Source: Ardenticatenales bacterium (GTDB lineage: Bacteria; Chloroflexota; Anaerolineae; Epilineales; Epilineaceae). Taken from it: a DNA stretch of 45,034 bases. Location of the stretch: the NCBI GenBank assembly GCA_039931375.1, contig JBDTSC010000001.1:1-45034 (forward strand), written 5' to 3'. Under the pieces are notes generated by a model that had not been told where the DNA came from, searched no databases, and saw only the letters and a program-made list of their open reading frames with translations. The number at the start of each line of letters is the position of its first letter. Within the stretch, counting starts at the first letter, position 1. Made by a program: the position numbers and the translations under genes. This document shows, one piece after another, positions 26,421-34,553 of this stretch.

Positions 26421-27467
26421 ATGGACAACGCCGCACCCGACGCGCTGGCGACCGCGCCACAGACGTCCGCGAACGGTACCGGGCCCGCGATCCTGCAGGT
26501 CCAGAACCTGGTGAAACACTTTCCGGTCCGCAGCGGCGTGATGCAGCGGATCGCCGCCTGGGTAAAGGCGGTCGATGGGGTGACGTTCGACATTCGCGAG
26601 GGCGAGACGTTCGGGCTCGTCGGTGAGTCCGGCTGCGGCAAGACGACGGTCGGCCGGACGATCCTGCGGCTGATCGAGCCGACGTCCGGCAAGGCGATCT
26701 TTCGCGGGCAGAATGTGTTCGATGTACCTCGGCGGCAGATGAAGAGCCTCCGCAAGGACATGCAGATCATCTTCCAGGACCCGTTCTCGAGCCTCGACCC
26801 ACGCATGCCGATCGGCCAGAGCATCGCCGAAGGGCTGCACGTCCACGGGATCACCGGAAGCGCCGCGGACACCGTGGTGAAGCAGGTGCTCGACGAGGTC
26901 GGTCTGCATCCCGAGCACGGCCGCCGCTACCCGCACGAGTTCTCCGGCGGCCAGCGCCAGCGCATCGGCATCGCTCGAGCCTTGGCGCTGCGGCCGAAGT
27001 TGATCATCTGCGACGAGCCCGTGTCCGCCCTCGACGTGTCGATCCAGTCCCAGGTTCTCAACCTGCTGGACGACCTCCAGAAGGAATATGGGCTCACCTA
27101 TCTGTTCATCGCCCACAACCTCAGCGTTGTCGAGCACATTTCCACCCGCGTCGGCGTCATGTACCTCGGACGAATGGTCGAGCTCACGGATCGTGACGAA
27201 CTATTCCGCAACCCGCTGCACCCGTACACCAAAGCGCTGATCAGCGCGGTGCCGGTGCCGGACCCCACCCTGAAACGCGACCGCATCATCCTCGAGGGCG
27301 ACGTACCAAGCCCGTTGAATCCTCCTTCGGGCTGCCGCTTCCACCCTCGCTGCCCGATCGCGGTCGAGCGATGCAAGCGCGTGGAGCCGCAATGGCGGAA
27401 CGTTGGGACGGGAAGCACGGAGCACTTGGTGCTGTGCGATCAGGTCGAGCCCAAGATCGAGGACTGA
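26421..27467 (+). CDS. ABC transporter ATP-binding protein (OppF/DppF type)
   Basis: Walker [10 protein letters not shown], signature [15 protein letters not shown], Walker [14 protein letters not shown]-terminal [13 protein letters not shown] motif. Confidence 0.9.
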   Translation: MDNAAPDALATAPQTSANGTGPAILQVQNLVKHFPVRSGVMQRIAAWVKAVDGVTFDIREGETFGLVGESGCGKTTVGRTILRLIEPTSGKAIFRGQNVFDVPRRQMKSLRKDMQIIFQDPFSSLDPRMPIGQSIAEGLHVHGITGSAADTVVKQVLDEVGLHPEHGRRYPHEFSGGQRQRIGIARALALRPKLIICDEPVSALDVSIQSQVLNLLDDLQKEYGLTYLFIAHNLSVVEHISTRVGVMYLGRMVELTDRDELFRNPLHPYTKALISAVPVPDPTLKRDRIILEGDVPSPLNPPSGCRFHPRCPIAVERCKRVEPQWRNVGTGSTEHLVLCDQVEPKIED

Positions 27468-27541
27468 CGGCCCTTGGCGCCCGGAGCCCGTACCCGACAC
27501 TCGATTCCTGACCACTCTGACATTTTCACCCTCCAGCACGC

Positions 27542-27570
27542 TTGACGGTGCCGGTCATCCAGTGTATTGT
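27542..27570 (+). promoter_or_regulatory. Promoter candidate TTGACG-N17-TATTGT
   Basis: -35 at 27542-27547, -10 at 27565-27570. This leaves a ~105-nt leader to the TTG start at 27686. Confidence 0.4.
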
Positions 27571-27685
27571 GGACAACCCACAGGGCGGCTGACCCCATCG
27601 CGTGTGCTCCTTCGATGGGGCGGCCAATCGGATTTAATGCGCCGGAATCCCGCCTACTTGGCCCTGTCCTGTCCAGGAGGAAACG

Positions 27686-28672
27686 TTGAAGCGCCTGTTC
27701 CCGCTGCTCGCTAGCGTCGGGCTAGCATGTCTCGCCCCGCTGTTTGGTGCATCTGACGCAGCTGCCGCGCCACGGCAGGACTGCGTGAATCCCCGTCGGG
27801 CGTATGCCCCCGCCAAGCAAGACACGTTCATCGCCGCCAACGTCGACGTCGTCGGCCGTGCCGGCGAGTTGGTGGCGGGCCTGCAACAAAACGTGATCCA
27901 CCTCACGTTCATCGATTTCGACATACCAGCATCCATTCCGCCCGATGCCACGCTATGCGAGGTCCAGCTCGAACTGTGGTGCAATGAGTACCTCGCTCCG
28001 ACGAGCGGACGCCACATCACCGCGCTTCAGTTCAACAACGCAAACTCGAAGTGGGACGAGGATACGCTCAAGTGGGACGGGCGCACGCCCAACCGCGTCG
28101 GCCCGCTCTGGGAGAGCGAGCTGGGCGAGTGCGCCGCCGGCGGCGAGTTCAAACGCGTGATCGCCAAGGATGGCGAGAGCACGAACGATGCGCTGATGAC
28201 GACGGTCCGCGGGTGGTTGAACGGCGATATCGAAGATCGCGGCTTGATCATCGGGCCGACGAAGGATCAGGATCTCGACGACCACCGCTACGTCTTTGCC
28301 AGCCGCGACTCCCAGCCGGCACCACCGGTCGGTCGCGGCCCACGTCTCGTGATCTTCTACGCGGGCGGCGCAACGCCCACGTTCACGCCATCCGCATCCC
28401 CCACGGCGTCCAATACGCCGACGCCGACGGACACGCCGATCCCAAGCGAGACACCCACGCCCACCGACACCGCAACGCCCACGGATACCGCGACGATCAC
28501 GCCGACGCCAACGGACACGCCGCCGGCCACGGAGACGCCGCTGCCGCCCGTTCTTAAACCGGCCTACCTGCCGGTCAGCTTGCGCACCTTCGGGCTGGCG
28601 TCCCCGCCGGAACAGCCGATGGCGATCCGAGACCGAGCGCTCCACCGCTTGAAGAGCCTCATGCGGCCATAG
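27686..28672 (+). CDS. Secreted DNRLRE-like domain protein with PT-rich linker
   Basis: TTG start 5 nt after AGGAGG (27675-27680). Signal peptide MKRLFPLLASVGLACLAPLFGASDAAAA. NANSKWDEDTLKWDGRTPN ... GLIIGP ... YVFASRDS....GPRLVIFY resembles the DNRLRE accessory-domain pattern. The family call is less certain than the CDS call. Confidence 0.7.
   Translation: MKRLFPLLASVGLACLAPLFGASDAAAAPRQDCVNPRRAYAPAKQDTFIAANVDVVGRAGELVAGLQQNVIHLTFIDFDIPASIPPDATLCEVQLELWCNEYLAPTSGRHITALQFNNANSKWDEDTLKWDGRTPNRVGPLWESELGECAAGGEFKRVIAKDGESTNDALMTTVRGWLNGDIEDRGLIIGPTKDQDLDDHRYVFASRDSQPAPPVGRGPRLVIFYAGGATPTFTPSASPTASNTPTPTDTPIPSETPTPTDTATPTDTATITPTPTDTPPATETPLPPVLKPAYLPVSLRTFGLASPPEQPMAIRDRALHRLKSLMRP
28370..28549 (+). 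repeat. Coding low-complexity Pro/Thr repeat (TPTPTDT-type units) inside the DNRLRE-like gene
   Basis: aa 229-288: ATPTFTPSASPTASNTPTPTDTPIPSETPTPTDTATPTDTATITPTPTDTPPATETPLPP. Confidence 0.8.
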
Positions 28673-28697
28673 CCGCGGCCCGTACGATGTCGCGAAG

Positions 28698-28737
28698 AAC
28701 GAAGGCCCGGCGCCGTGTGCGTCGGGCCTTCGTTTCG
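28698..28737 (+). terminator. Strong GC hairpin, likely intrinsic terminator after the DNRLRE-like gene
   Basis: AACGAAGGCCCG (28698-28709) pairs with CGGGCCTTCGTT (28723-28734), and the inner GCGC/GCGT bases extend the stem. It is followed by a short T-containing tail (TTTCGTG). Confidence 0.55.
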
Positions 28738-28761
28738 TGCGTTCAACGGGCTGGGTCGGGC

Positions 28762-28789
28762 TTGTCGCGGCCGCCCGGCATGCTATAAT
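28762..28789 (+). promoter_or_regulatory. Near-consensus promoter TTGTCG-N16-(TGC)TATAAT for the scpB operon
   Basis: -35 at 28762-28767. Extended -10 TGCTATAAT at 28781-28789 is a perfect TGnTATAAT. It lies 67 nt upstream of the ATG at 28856. Confidence 0.55.
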
Positions 28790-28855
28790 CGGCCCCCAGA
28801 TGATCGAGCACCACTAGATGTTGTGGTCCCACGGCATTGAGGGCTGTCCATAGCC

Positions 28856-29701
28856 ATGACACGCGAACCGATCGAGCGACGCGCCCGGGTCAGCCGCAGC
28901 GGGCCTCGGCCCACGCCGGCCGAGCTGGCGCAGGCGGGCGTCGACGCCGCGAACACCGACTCGGCGAACGCCGACGCCGGGTCATCGGTCGCGAACGAAC
29001 GGTCGGATCAAGACGCGTTGGCCGCGGAGAGCGACGCCGCGATGGATGCCGGCGACACCCGGCGATCCCAGCGTACCCGTCGTGCCGGCGACGCGGTCGT
29101 GCAGTTGGCCGCGCGCGAGCTGGGCGCCGCATCGCAAACGACGGGGCTTGCGCTGGCAGCGCTGATCGAATCGATCCTGTTCGTGGCGGACCGACCGGTG
29201 GCCGTGAGCGAGCTGGCCAAAGTGCTCGAAGTGCCCAAGCCGATGGTCGAGCGGGCGCTCGGCGATTTGGCGCCGGCGCTCACCGGTCGCGGCGTACGGC
29301 TTGCGCGGCGGAACGGCACGGTCCAAATGGTGTCGGCGCCGGAAGCGGCCCCCGTCGTCCAGCGGTTCCTCGGGTTGTCGCAGGACGGGCGGTTGTCCCG
29401 ACCGGCGCTCGAGACGCTGTCGATCATCGCGTATCGACAGCCGTTGACGCGGCCGGAGATGGAGGCGCTGCGCGGGGTTAGCTGCGACGGCGTCCTGCGC
29501 ACGTTGCTCGCGCGCGAGTTCATCGAGTCCGTGGGCCGCCGTGCCACCGTCGGCAATCCGGTCGAGTACGGCACGACGTTTCAGTTTCTGGCCTACTTCG
29601 GCCTTTCGAGCGTGGCCGATCTGCCCCCGATCGAAGCCTTCGGCGGCTCGGATCCGGCCATCAGCGAGGACGACGGCGCACAAGACCCCGTCGTTCTGTA
29701 G
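28856..29701 (+). CDS. scpB: Segregation and condensation protein B with ~95-aa acidic N-terminal extension
   Basis: LAALIESILFVADRPVAVSELAKVL..., LSRPALETLSIIAYRQPLTRPEMEALRGV, VGRRATVGNPVEYGTTFQFLAYFGL are the two winged-helix ScpB modules. The true start could be internal (for example GTG near 29097). Confidence 0.85.
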   Translation: MTREPIERRARVSRSGPRPTPAELAQAGVDAANTDSANADAGSSVANERSDQDALAAESDAAMDAGDTRRSQRTRRAGDAVVQLAARELGAASQTTGLALAALIESILFVADRPVAVSELAKVLEVPKPMVERALGDLAPALTGRGVRLARRNGTVQMVSAPEAAPVVQRFLGLSQDGRLSRPALETLSIIAYRQPLTRPEMEALRGVSCDGVLRTLLAREFIESVGRRATVGNPVEYGTTFQFLAYFGLSSVADLPPIEAFGGSDPAISEDDGAQDPVVL

Positions 29702-29705
29702 CGGC

Positions 29706-30620
29706 GTGGCGCGGGAGCGGTTGCAGAAGATCATCGCCGCCGCGGGGCTGTGCTCCCGACGGCGAGCGGAGGCGCTCATCACGGCGGGCCGCGTTCAGGT
29801 GAACGGACAGGTCATTTCGGAGCTGGGCGCCGCCGCCGACCCGCGCGTGGACACGATCGTGGTGGACGGCGTCGCCTTGGCGGCGGAGCCACTCGAGTAC
29901 TGGGCCGTCCACAAGCCGCCCGGTGTCGTGACCACGCTCAGCGACCCGGAGGGACGGCCGCTGGCCAGCGACCTCGTGCCGAGCCGCGCGCGGGTATATC
30001 CGGTGGGGCGGCTCGACGTCGCCTCGTCCGGGCTGTTGATCTTCACGAACGACGGCGAGCTGGCCCATCACCTCATGCACCCACGCTTTGCGCACAGCAA
30101 GGTGTACCACGTCCTGGTCTCCGGCTACCCGAGCGAGGAAGTGCTCAACGAGCTGCGCGCCGGGGTCACGCTCGAGGATGGCCCGACTCAGCCCGCGGAA
30201 CTGAAAGAGCTTCGCACGACGGCGGACGGCACGTGGCTGGCGGTCACGCTGCGCGAAGGCCGCAAGCGGCAGATCCGCCGCATGATGGCGCATGTCGGGT
30301 ACGACGTCGTGCACCTCAAGCGTGTTGCGATCGGTCCGGTTCAGCTGGGCCGGCTTCCGAGCGGCGCCGCGCGACCGCTCGCCGGGCGCGAGCTGGCGGA
30401 CCTGCGCCGTCTCGTCGGCCTCAGCGCTCCGGCACGAGACGGCAGCCCGCGCAACGCCGCCCTGCGACCGCCATCCCGGCGGCCGGGCGGCCCCAAGCAG
30501 TGGGGCGGCGGCGCCACGCGTACCCGTCCGCGCCCGCCCGCGAACCGGCCGAGCCCGCCGAGCCCGCCGTCGCGTGGCCATCGACCCGCCCGCGGCCCGA
30601 GCAACCCGAGCCCGTCGTGA
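29706..30620 (+). CDS. rluB: 23S rRNA pseudouridine synthase, RsuA/RluB family (S4 domain + catalytic domain + Arg/Pro-rich tail)
   Basis: GTG 29706. ERLQKIIAAAGLCSRRRAEALITAGRVQVNG (S4 domain), catalytic VGRLDVASSGLLIFTNDGEL, REGRKRQIRRM. Confidence 0.85.
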   Translation: MARERLQKIIAAAGLCSRRRAEALITAGRVQVNGQVISELGAAADPRVDTIVVDGVALAAEPLEYWAVHKPPGVVTTLSDPEGRPLASDLVPSRARVYPVGRLDVASSGLLIFTNDGELAHHLMHPRFAHSKVYHVLVSGYPSEEVLNELRAGVTLEDGPTQPAELKELRTTADGTWLAVTLREGRKRQIRRMMAHVGYDVVHLKRVAIGPVQLGRLPSGAARPLAGRELADLRRLVGLSAPARDGSPRNAALRPPSRRPGGPKQWGGGATRTRPRPPANRPSPPSPPSRGHRPARGPSNPSPS

Positions 30621-31327
30621 CCGCGCCGCACCGCGATCGCGCTGCGCCGGGCGTTCCCCGAGCGATCGCGCTGGACGGTCCGGCGGCCGTCGGGAAGAGC
30701 ACCGTCGGACGGCTGCTGGCCGAGCGTCTGGGGTACCTCTACTTCGATACCGGGGCGATCTACCGCGCCCTGACATGGCTGGCCCTGAACGAGCAGGTCG
30801 ATATCGGCGACGGCCCGGCGCTGGCGCGACTGGCGGCGGCGCACCCGATCGTCGTGCGGGCCGATGACGGTGCGGCCGCCGGTTACCGCGTCACGGCCGG
30901 TGGTCGCGACATCACCGCCGGCCTGCGCGACCCGGCGGTGGATGCGACCATCTCCGCTGTCAGCCAGCACGCTGAGGTGCGTGCCTCGCTGCTCGACGCG
31001 CAGCGCGCCGTGGCGACCGCATCGCCGGTGGTCATGGTCGGCCGCGACATCGGCACCGTCGTGCTGCCGGATGCGGGGCTGAAGGTGTTCCTCGAAGCGA
31101 CCCCCGAGGAGCGCGCTCGCCGTCGCTTTCGCGAGCGGCTGCGGCGCGGTGAGCCGGCCGTATGGGCGGACGAGCTGGCGTCGACGATCGCCCGCGACGA
31201 TCGCGATCGGCGTCGAGCGCACGCGCCGCTCGTCGCCGCGGCGGACGCGGTGATGGTCGATACGGACGTGCTGGACGCCGAGGGGGTTGTAACCCTCCTG
31301 CTGCGGCGCCTCGGTATCGACGCTTGA
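30617..31327 (+). CDS. cmk: Cytidylate kinase
   Basis: GTG 30617 overlaps the rluB stop (GTGA). IALDGPAAVGKSTVGRLLAERLGYLYFDTGAIYRA, VMVGRDIGTVVLPDAGLKVFLEATPEERARRR. Confidence 0.9.
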   Translation: MTAPHRDRAAPGVPRAIALDGPAAVGKSTVGRLLAERLGYLYFDTGAIYRALTWLALNEQVDIGDGPALARLAAAHPIVVRADDGAAAGYRVTAGGRDITAGLRDPAVDATISAVSQHAEVRASLLDAQRAVATASPVVMVGRDIGTVVLPDAGLKVFLEATPEERARRRFRERLRRGEPAVWADELASTIARDDRDRRRAHAPLVAAADAVMVDTDVLDAEGVVTLLLRRLGIDA

Positions 31328-32181
31328 TGGCCCGCTCGTCTGGGTCGGCTTCCCGATGGCCGTGGCCGATCCGGTACATATTGGCCGTGGCCACCGTCTT
31401 GATGCTGATCGCCGCGAATGTCTGGCTCGTCTGCAGCCCGCTCTACCTGCGCGCGGCATACGGCCCTCTACGCCCGGCGGACGCGGCGCTGGCCGGTCCG
31501 CCGCCTTTCGTCGCATCGGCCGCGGCGGCGACGACGGCCTACGTGGCCGGGCGGGCGCCGCGCGAAGTGATCGCTGCGCTGATCGACATAGCCAACGATG
31601 GGCCGCGGATCGCCGCCGACCGCGCCGCACCGCGCGCGGGCACGCCCGGTCCCGAGGCGCGCGTCGGCCCCGTCGGAAACGTCGCCCCCGCCGATGGTGG
31701 CCAGGCCGGCGAGGCTGGCCCGTCGGACGACGGCGCGTCAAGCCAGGCCGCCGGCGAGGCGGTCGGCCCGGCGTTATATACTCAGTCCGAGATCGACCAT
31801 CTCACGGATGTTCGTCGTGTCATCGCCGTCCTGTTCCGGCTTGGCCTGGCGTCGGCGGGCGCGATCGCGATCGCGCTGGCGGCCGATGGGCGGACGCGGC
31901 GCAGGAGGACGATGGCGGCGATCGCTGGCGGGGGGCGGCTGGGCGTGGGGGTCACGCTGATCATCGGCGTGTTGATCGGGGGGGCGTGGAACGCTCTGTT
32001 CACGACGTTTCACGAGCTGCTGTTCGCGGCAGGCACGTGGCAGTTTCCCGCCGACAGCCGGCTGATCCAACTGTTTCCCGACTGGTTCTGGCAGAGCGCG
32101 GCCGGCGTACTGGCGCTGCTGCTTCTGGTCGAGGGATTGGTCCTCGGCCGGGTCGCCCGTCGCGCGGGGCCGCCGGCGTGA
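31327..32181 (+). CDS. TIGR01906/DUF1461-family integral membrane protein (Lit-like) with low-complexity loop insertion
   Basis: ATG 31327 overlaps the cmk stop by 1 nt. N-terminal TM, large loop, three C-terminal TMs. FHELLFAAGTWQFPADSRLIQLFPDWFW matches the family's conserved C-terminal motif as I recall it. Confidence 0.6.
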   Translation: MARSSGSASRWPWPIRYILAVATVLMLIAANVWLVCSPLYLRAAYGPLRPADAALAGPPPFVASAAAATTAYVAGRAPREVIAALIDIANDGPRIAADRAAPRAGTPGPEARVGPVGNVAPADGGQAGEAGPSDDGASSQAAGEAVGPALYTQSEIDHLTDVRRVIAVLFRLGLASAGAIAIALAADGRTRRRRTMAAIAGGGRLGVGVTLIIGVLIGGAWNALFTTFHELLFAAGTWQFPADSRLIQLFPDWFWQSAAGVLALLLLVEGLVLGRVARRAGPPA

Positions 32182-32945
32182 CGAAGCGATCCACGGCGCG
32201 CACCCGGCCCGGCGGCGAATCGCGCGGCGGCGAGCGTTCGCTGGCCGACGGCGTACCGCTCACCTACCCGTGGGCGTACCGGTTGGCCTTTTGGCTCATG
32301 CGCCTGCTCTTCGATCGCTACCTGACCACCCACATCATCGACCGAGACAACCTGCCGCCGCCCGGCAACGGGGCCATTATCGCGTTCAGCCACGGCAGCG
32401 CGCTCGACTATGTGGCCGGCCATGCTTACGGCAACCCAGGGTTCGTGGCGCTCAAGCGCGAGGCCGCCTTTGGTCCGCTGCGCTGGATCGGCGGCATTCC
32501 GATCAAGCGGGACGAGCAGGACATGGTCGCGCTGCGCTCGATGCGGGCCGTTCTCGCGGCCGGCTTCATGTTGGGCATCGCGCCGGAGGGTACGCGCAGC
32601 CGGGACGGACGGTTGTTGCCGTTCGATCCGGGCTTCGTCTGGCTGGCGTTGAAGGCGGGTGTGCCGGTCTTCCCATGCGCCATCCACGGCACCCACTTGC
32701 TCCTTCCGCCCGGACGATTCATCCCTCGCCGCGGCACGATTTGGATCAAGTTCGGTGATCCGATGCGCTGGCCGGACGCCGGTCCGCGCCCGTCCCGCGA
32801 GGCGATGCAGGCGATGGCGGACGCGACACGCGAAGCGGTGCTTGCGCTGATGGCGGATCTCGAGGCGATCAGCGGCATCGAAAGCCCCGCGTTGGCCTGG
32901 GAGCGCGCGGCCGGCGGCGCGAACGCGCCCGTGCCGCGGCCGTAG
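32178..32945 (+). CDS. plsC: 1-acyl-sn-glycerol-3-phosphate acyltransferase family protein
   Basis: GTG 32178 overlaps the upstream stop (GTGA). HX4D motif FSHGSALD, GIAPEGTRS motif, and a PVFPCAIHGT block. Confidence 0.8.
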   Translation: MTKRSTARTRPGGESRGGERSLADGVPLTYPWAYRLAFWLMRLLFDRYLTTHIIDRDNLPPPGNGAIIAFSHGSALDYVAGHAYGNPGFVALKREAAFGPLRWIGGIPIKRDEQDMVALRSMRAVLAAGFMLGIAPEGTRSRDGRLLPFDPGFVWLALKAGVPVFPCAIHGTHLLLPPGRFIPRRGTIWIKFGDPMRWPDAGPRPSREAMQAMADATREAVLALMADLEAISGIESPALAWERAAGGANAPVPRP

Positions 32946-32965
32946 CGGACGTAACGGCGACCGCG

Positions 32966-33655
32966 ATGCCACCCCGCATCAACCGCCCCACGCGGGGGTA
33001 CGCGCTCCTGTGGCTGCTCATCGCGATCGCCGGCATCGCCTCGATCGTCGCGGGCCGCGGGTTCGGGCTGCCCGGGCAAGGCGGCGGCCAACGCCTGTCT
33101 TCCACGTCGGACCCCGCCGCGAGCGCATCCGCCACCGCGCTCGCGAACGCCGTCGCGGTCAACGGCCGCCTTCAATACGCCGACGCCGCCTTCGAAGCGG
33201 ACGACCCAGCGTCGGCGAGGGCGGCGATCGCACAGGCCGCGACGTCCACGGCTCGCGACGGGATCGGCGGGCCGGCGGGCGCCCTGTCGGAAGCCTTCAG
33301 CCGCTACGTCGCGGCCGAGGACGCGCTGGCCGCCGGCGATCGGACCGCTGCCCGCTCCGCGTACGCGACCGCCGATGCGGCCTTCGAAACCGCCCTGGAC
33401 GGCGGCGCGCTGCCCGGCATCGTCGAGCCGACCCATCTCTTCAGCGAGGCGGGCGTGCTCTACGTCGACGGCCAGGCGACGCTGGAGGCGGGCGATGTCG
33501 AGGGGGCGCTGACGCTACTGCGTGCGGCGGAGAGTCGCCGTGGCGATCCGTTCCGGCCGCTGCTCCTCACCGTGGAAGCGCGCGCAGCGGCCACGCCACG
33601 ACGTCCAACCGACGGGCGAAGTGCGCCAGCGGCGGAGCCGTCGCGCGGGCCGTAG
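32966..33655 (+). CDS. Hypothetical N-terminally anchored Ala-rich protein
   Basis: ATG 32966, TM GYALLWLLIAIAGIASIVAG, Ala/Asp/Glu-rich helical-looking remainder. No recognisable family. The 3' end overlaps the convergent DUF2071 ORF by 89 nt. Confidence 0.45.
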   Translation: MPPRINRPTRGYALLWLLIAIAGIASIVAGRGFGLPGQGGGQRLSSTSDPAASASATALANAVAVNGRLQYADAAFEADDPASARAAIAQAATSTARDGIGGPAGALSEAFSRYVAAEDALAAGDRTAARSAYATADAAFETALDGGALPGIVEPTHLFSEAGVLYVDGQATLEAGDVEGALTLLRAAESRRGDPFRPLLLTVEARAAATPRRPTDGRSAPAAEPSRGP

Positions 33656-34553
33656 CGGCGACGGCGATCGCACCGGCCGCACCGGCCGCAGCGGACCCAC
33701 CGGACCCATCGGACCCATCGGACACATGGGACTCAGGGGACTCATCGGCTACGTCGGCCACGGATGCCACGTTGGCCACCGGGTCGAGCATGACGCCGAG
33801 CGGCTCGGCCATCGTGTTGTGCCGCAGTTCGACCGCCGCGGGTTGCAGCGGCCACGGCGCGTGGTGGATCTCACCACAGCCAACGCGCCCGCGGCGATCG
33901 ACGGCGAACAGCGCGTAGCGCTCGGTCAGCCAGTGGTCGAGCGAACCGGGCGCGGCGCGGACGACTGGGCCGGTCGGCCCGTAGCGCGCGTTGAACGCGG
34001 CCGCGGGGGCGCCGCGGTGAGTGCGGGTCGAGGTGTAGTCGATACCGCGCCGCGGAGGCAAGCCGTCGTTCGCGCTGGTGGCGACCGCGTCGGCCGTGGC
34101 GGCGGCACGGGCGTCGGAGCCTTGATCGACCGCCTTGACGTCGATCACGGCATCGAAGTACGGCAGGCCGAACCAGGCGCGCGCGGCGCGGACGGCCAGC
34201 CAGCTCGTGGCGTCCAAGCTGAAGAACCAGACGCCGCGGCGGCCGTCCGGCGCGACGGCGTACGTGCGTACGTTGATCTCGGGGAACGCAGCGGTGCCCG
34301 GGATCGGCGGCAGGTTGCGCAGGTGGATGCGCGACATGTGAAACGGGACGACGCCGAGCCAGGCTTGGCCGTCGAACGTGTCGAGGGTGAGGGGTGGCGG
34401 GATGAACGGAGCCAGGACGGCGGGCGGGAGAGGCCAGTGCAGGAAGAGGAGGTCGTGCCACGACATCGCCATGGCCCACGGCTTGGCCGGGAGCGGCCAC
34501 GGGCGATGTGCTGCGTCGGCGAGCATGGTGACGCGAGCGCCGATGCGGGGCAT
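33567..34553 (-). CDS. DUF2071 (YqjF-like, acetoacetate-decarboxylase-like fold) protein with low-complexity C-terminal tail
   Basis: The ATG (34551-34553) overlaps the upstream stop as ATGA. WHDLLFLHWPLPPAVL, GQAWLGVVPFHM, FPEINVRTYV-like, WFFSLDA and HAPWPL fit the DUF2071 pattern. Confidence 0.7.
   Translation of the reverse strand: MPRIGARVTMLADAAHRPWPLPAKPWAMAMSWHDLLFLHWPLPPAVLAPFIPPPLTLDTFDGQAWLGVVPFHMSRIHLRNLPPIPGTAAFPEINVRTYAVAPDGRRGVWFFSLDATSWLAVRAARAWFGLPYFDAVIDVKAVDQGSDARAAATADAVATSANDGLPPRRGIDYTSTRTHRGAPAAAFNARYGPTGPVVRAAPGSLDHWLTERYALFAVDRRGRVGCGEIHHAPWPLQPAAVELRHNTMAEPLGVMLDPVANVASVADVADESPESHVSDGSDGSGGSAAAGAAGAIAVAATARATAPPLAHFARRLDVVAWPLRALPR

Noticed and set aside
27571-27685. 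Resemblance of CACAGGGC... and ...CCGCC... in the leader to c-di-GMP-I (GEMM) or ZTP riboswitch fragments.
   Set aside because: Only short chance-level matches. The flanking conserved nucleotides and helix arrangement of those classes are not present.
28370-28549. Repetitive DNA that could be mistaken for a CRISPR or VNTR array. The same applies to the 9-nt repeats at 33671-33728.
   Set aside because: The units are short and degenerate. They are in-frame coding for Pro/Thr or Gly/Ser/Asp linkers inside ORFs, with no spacer/repeat architecture.
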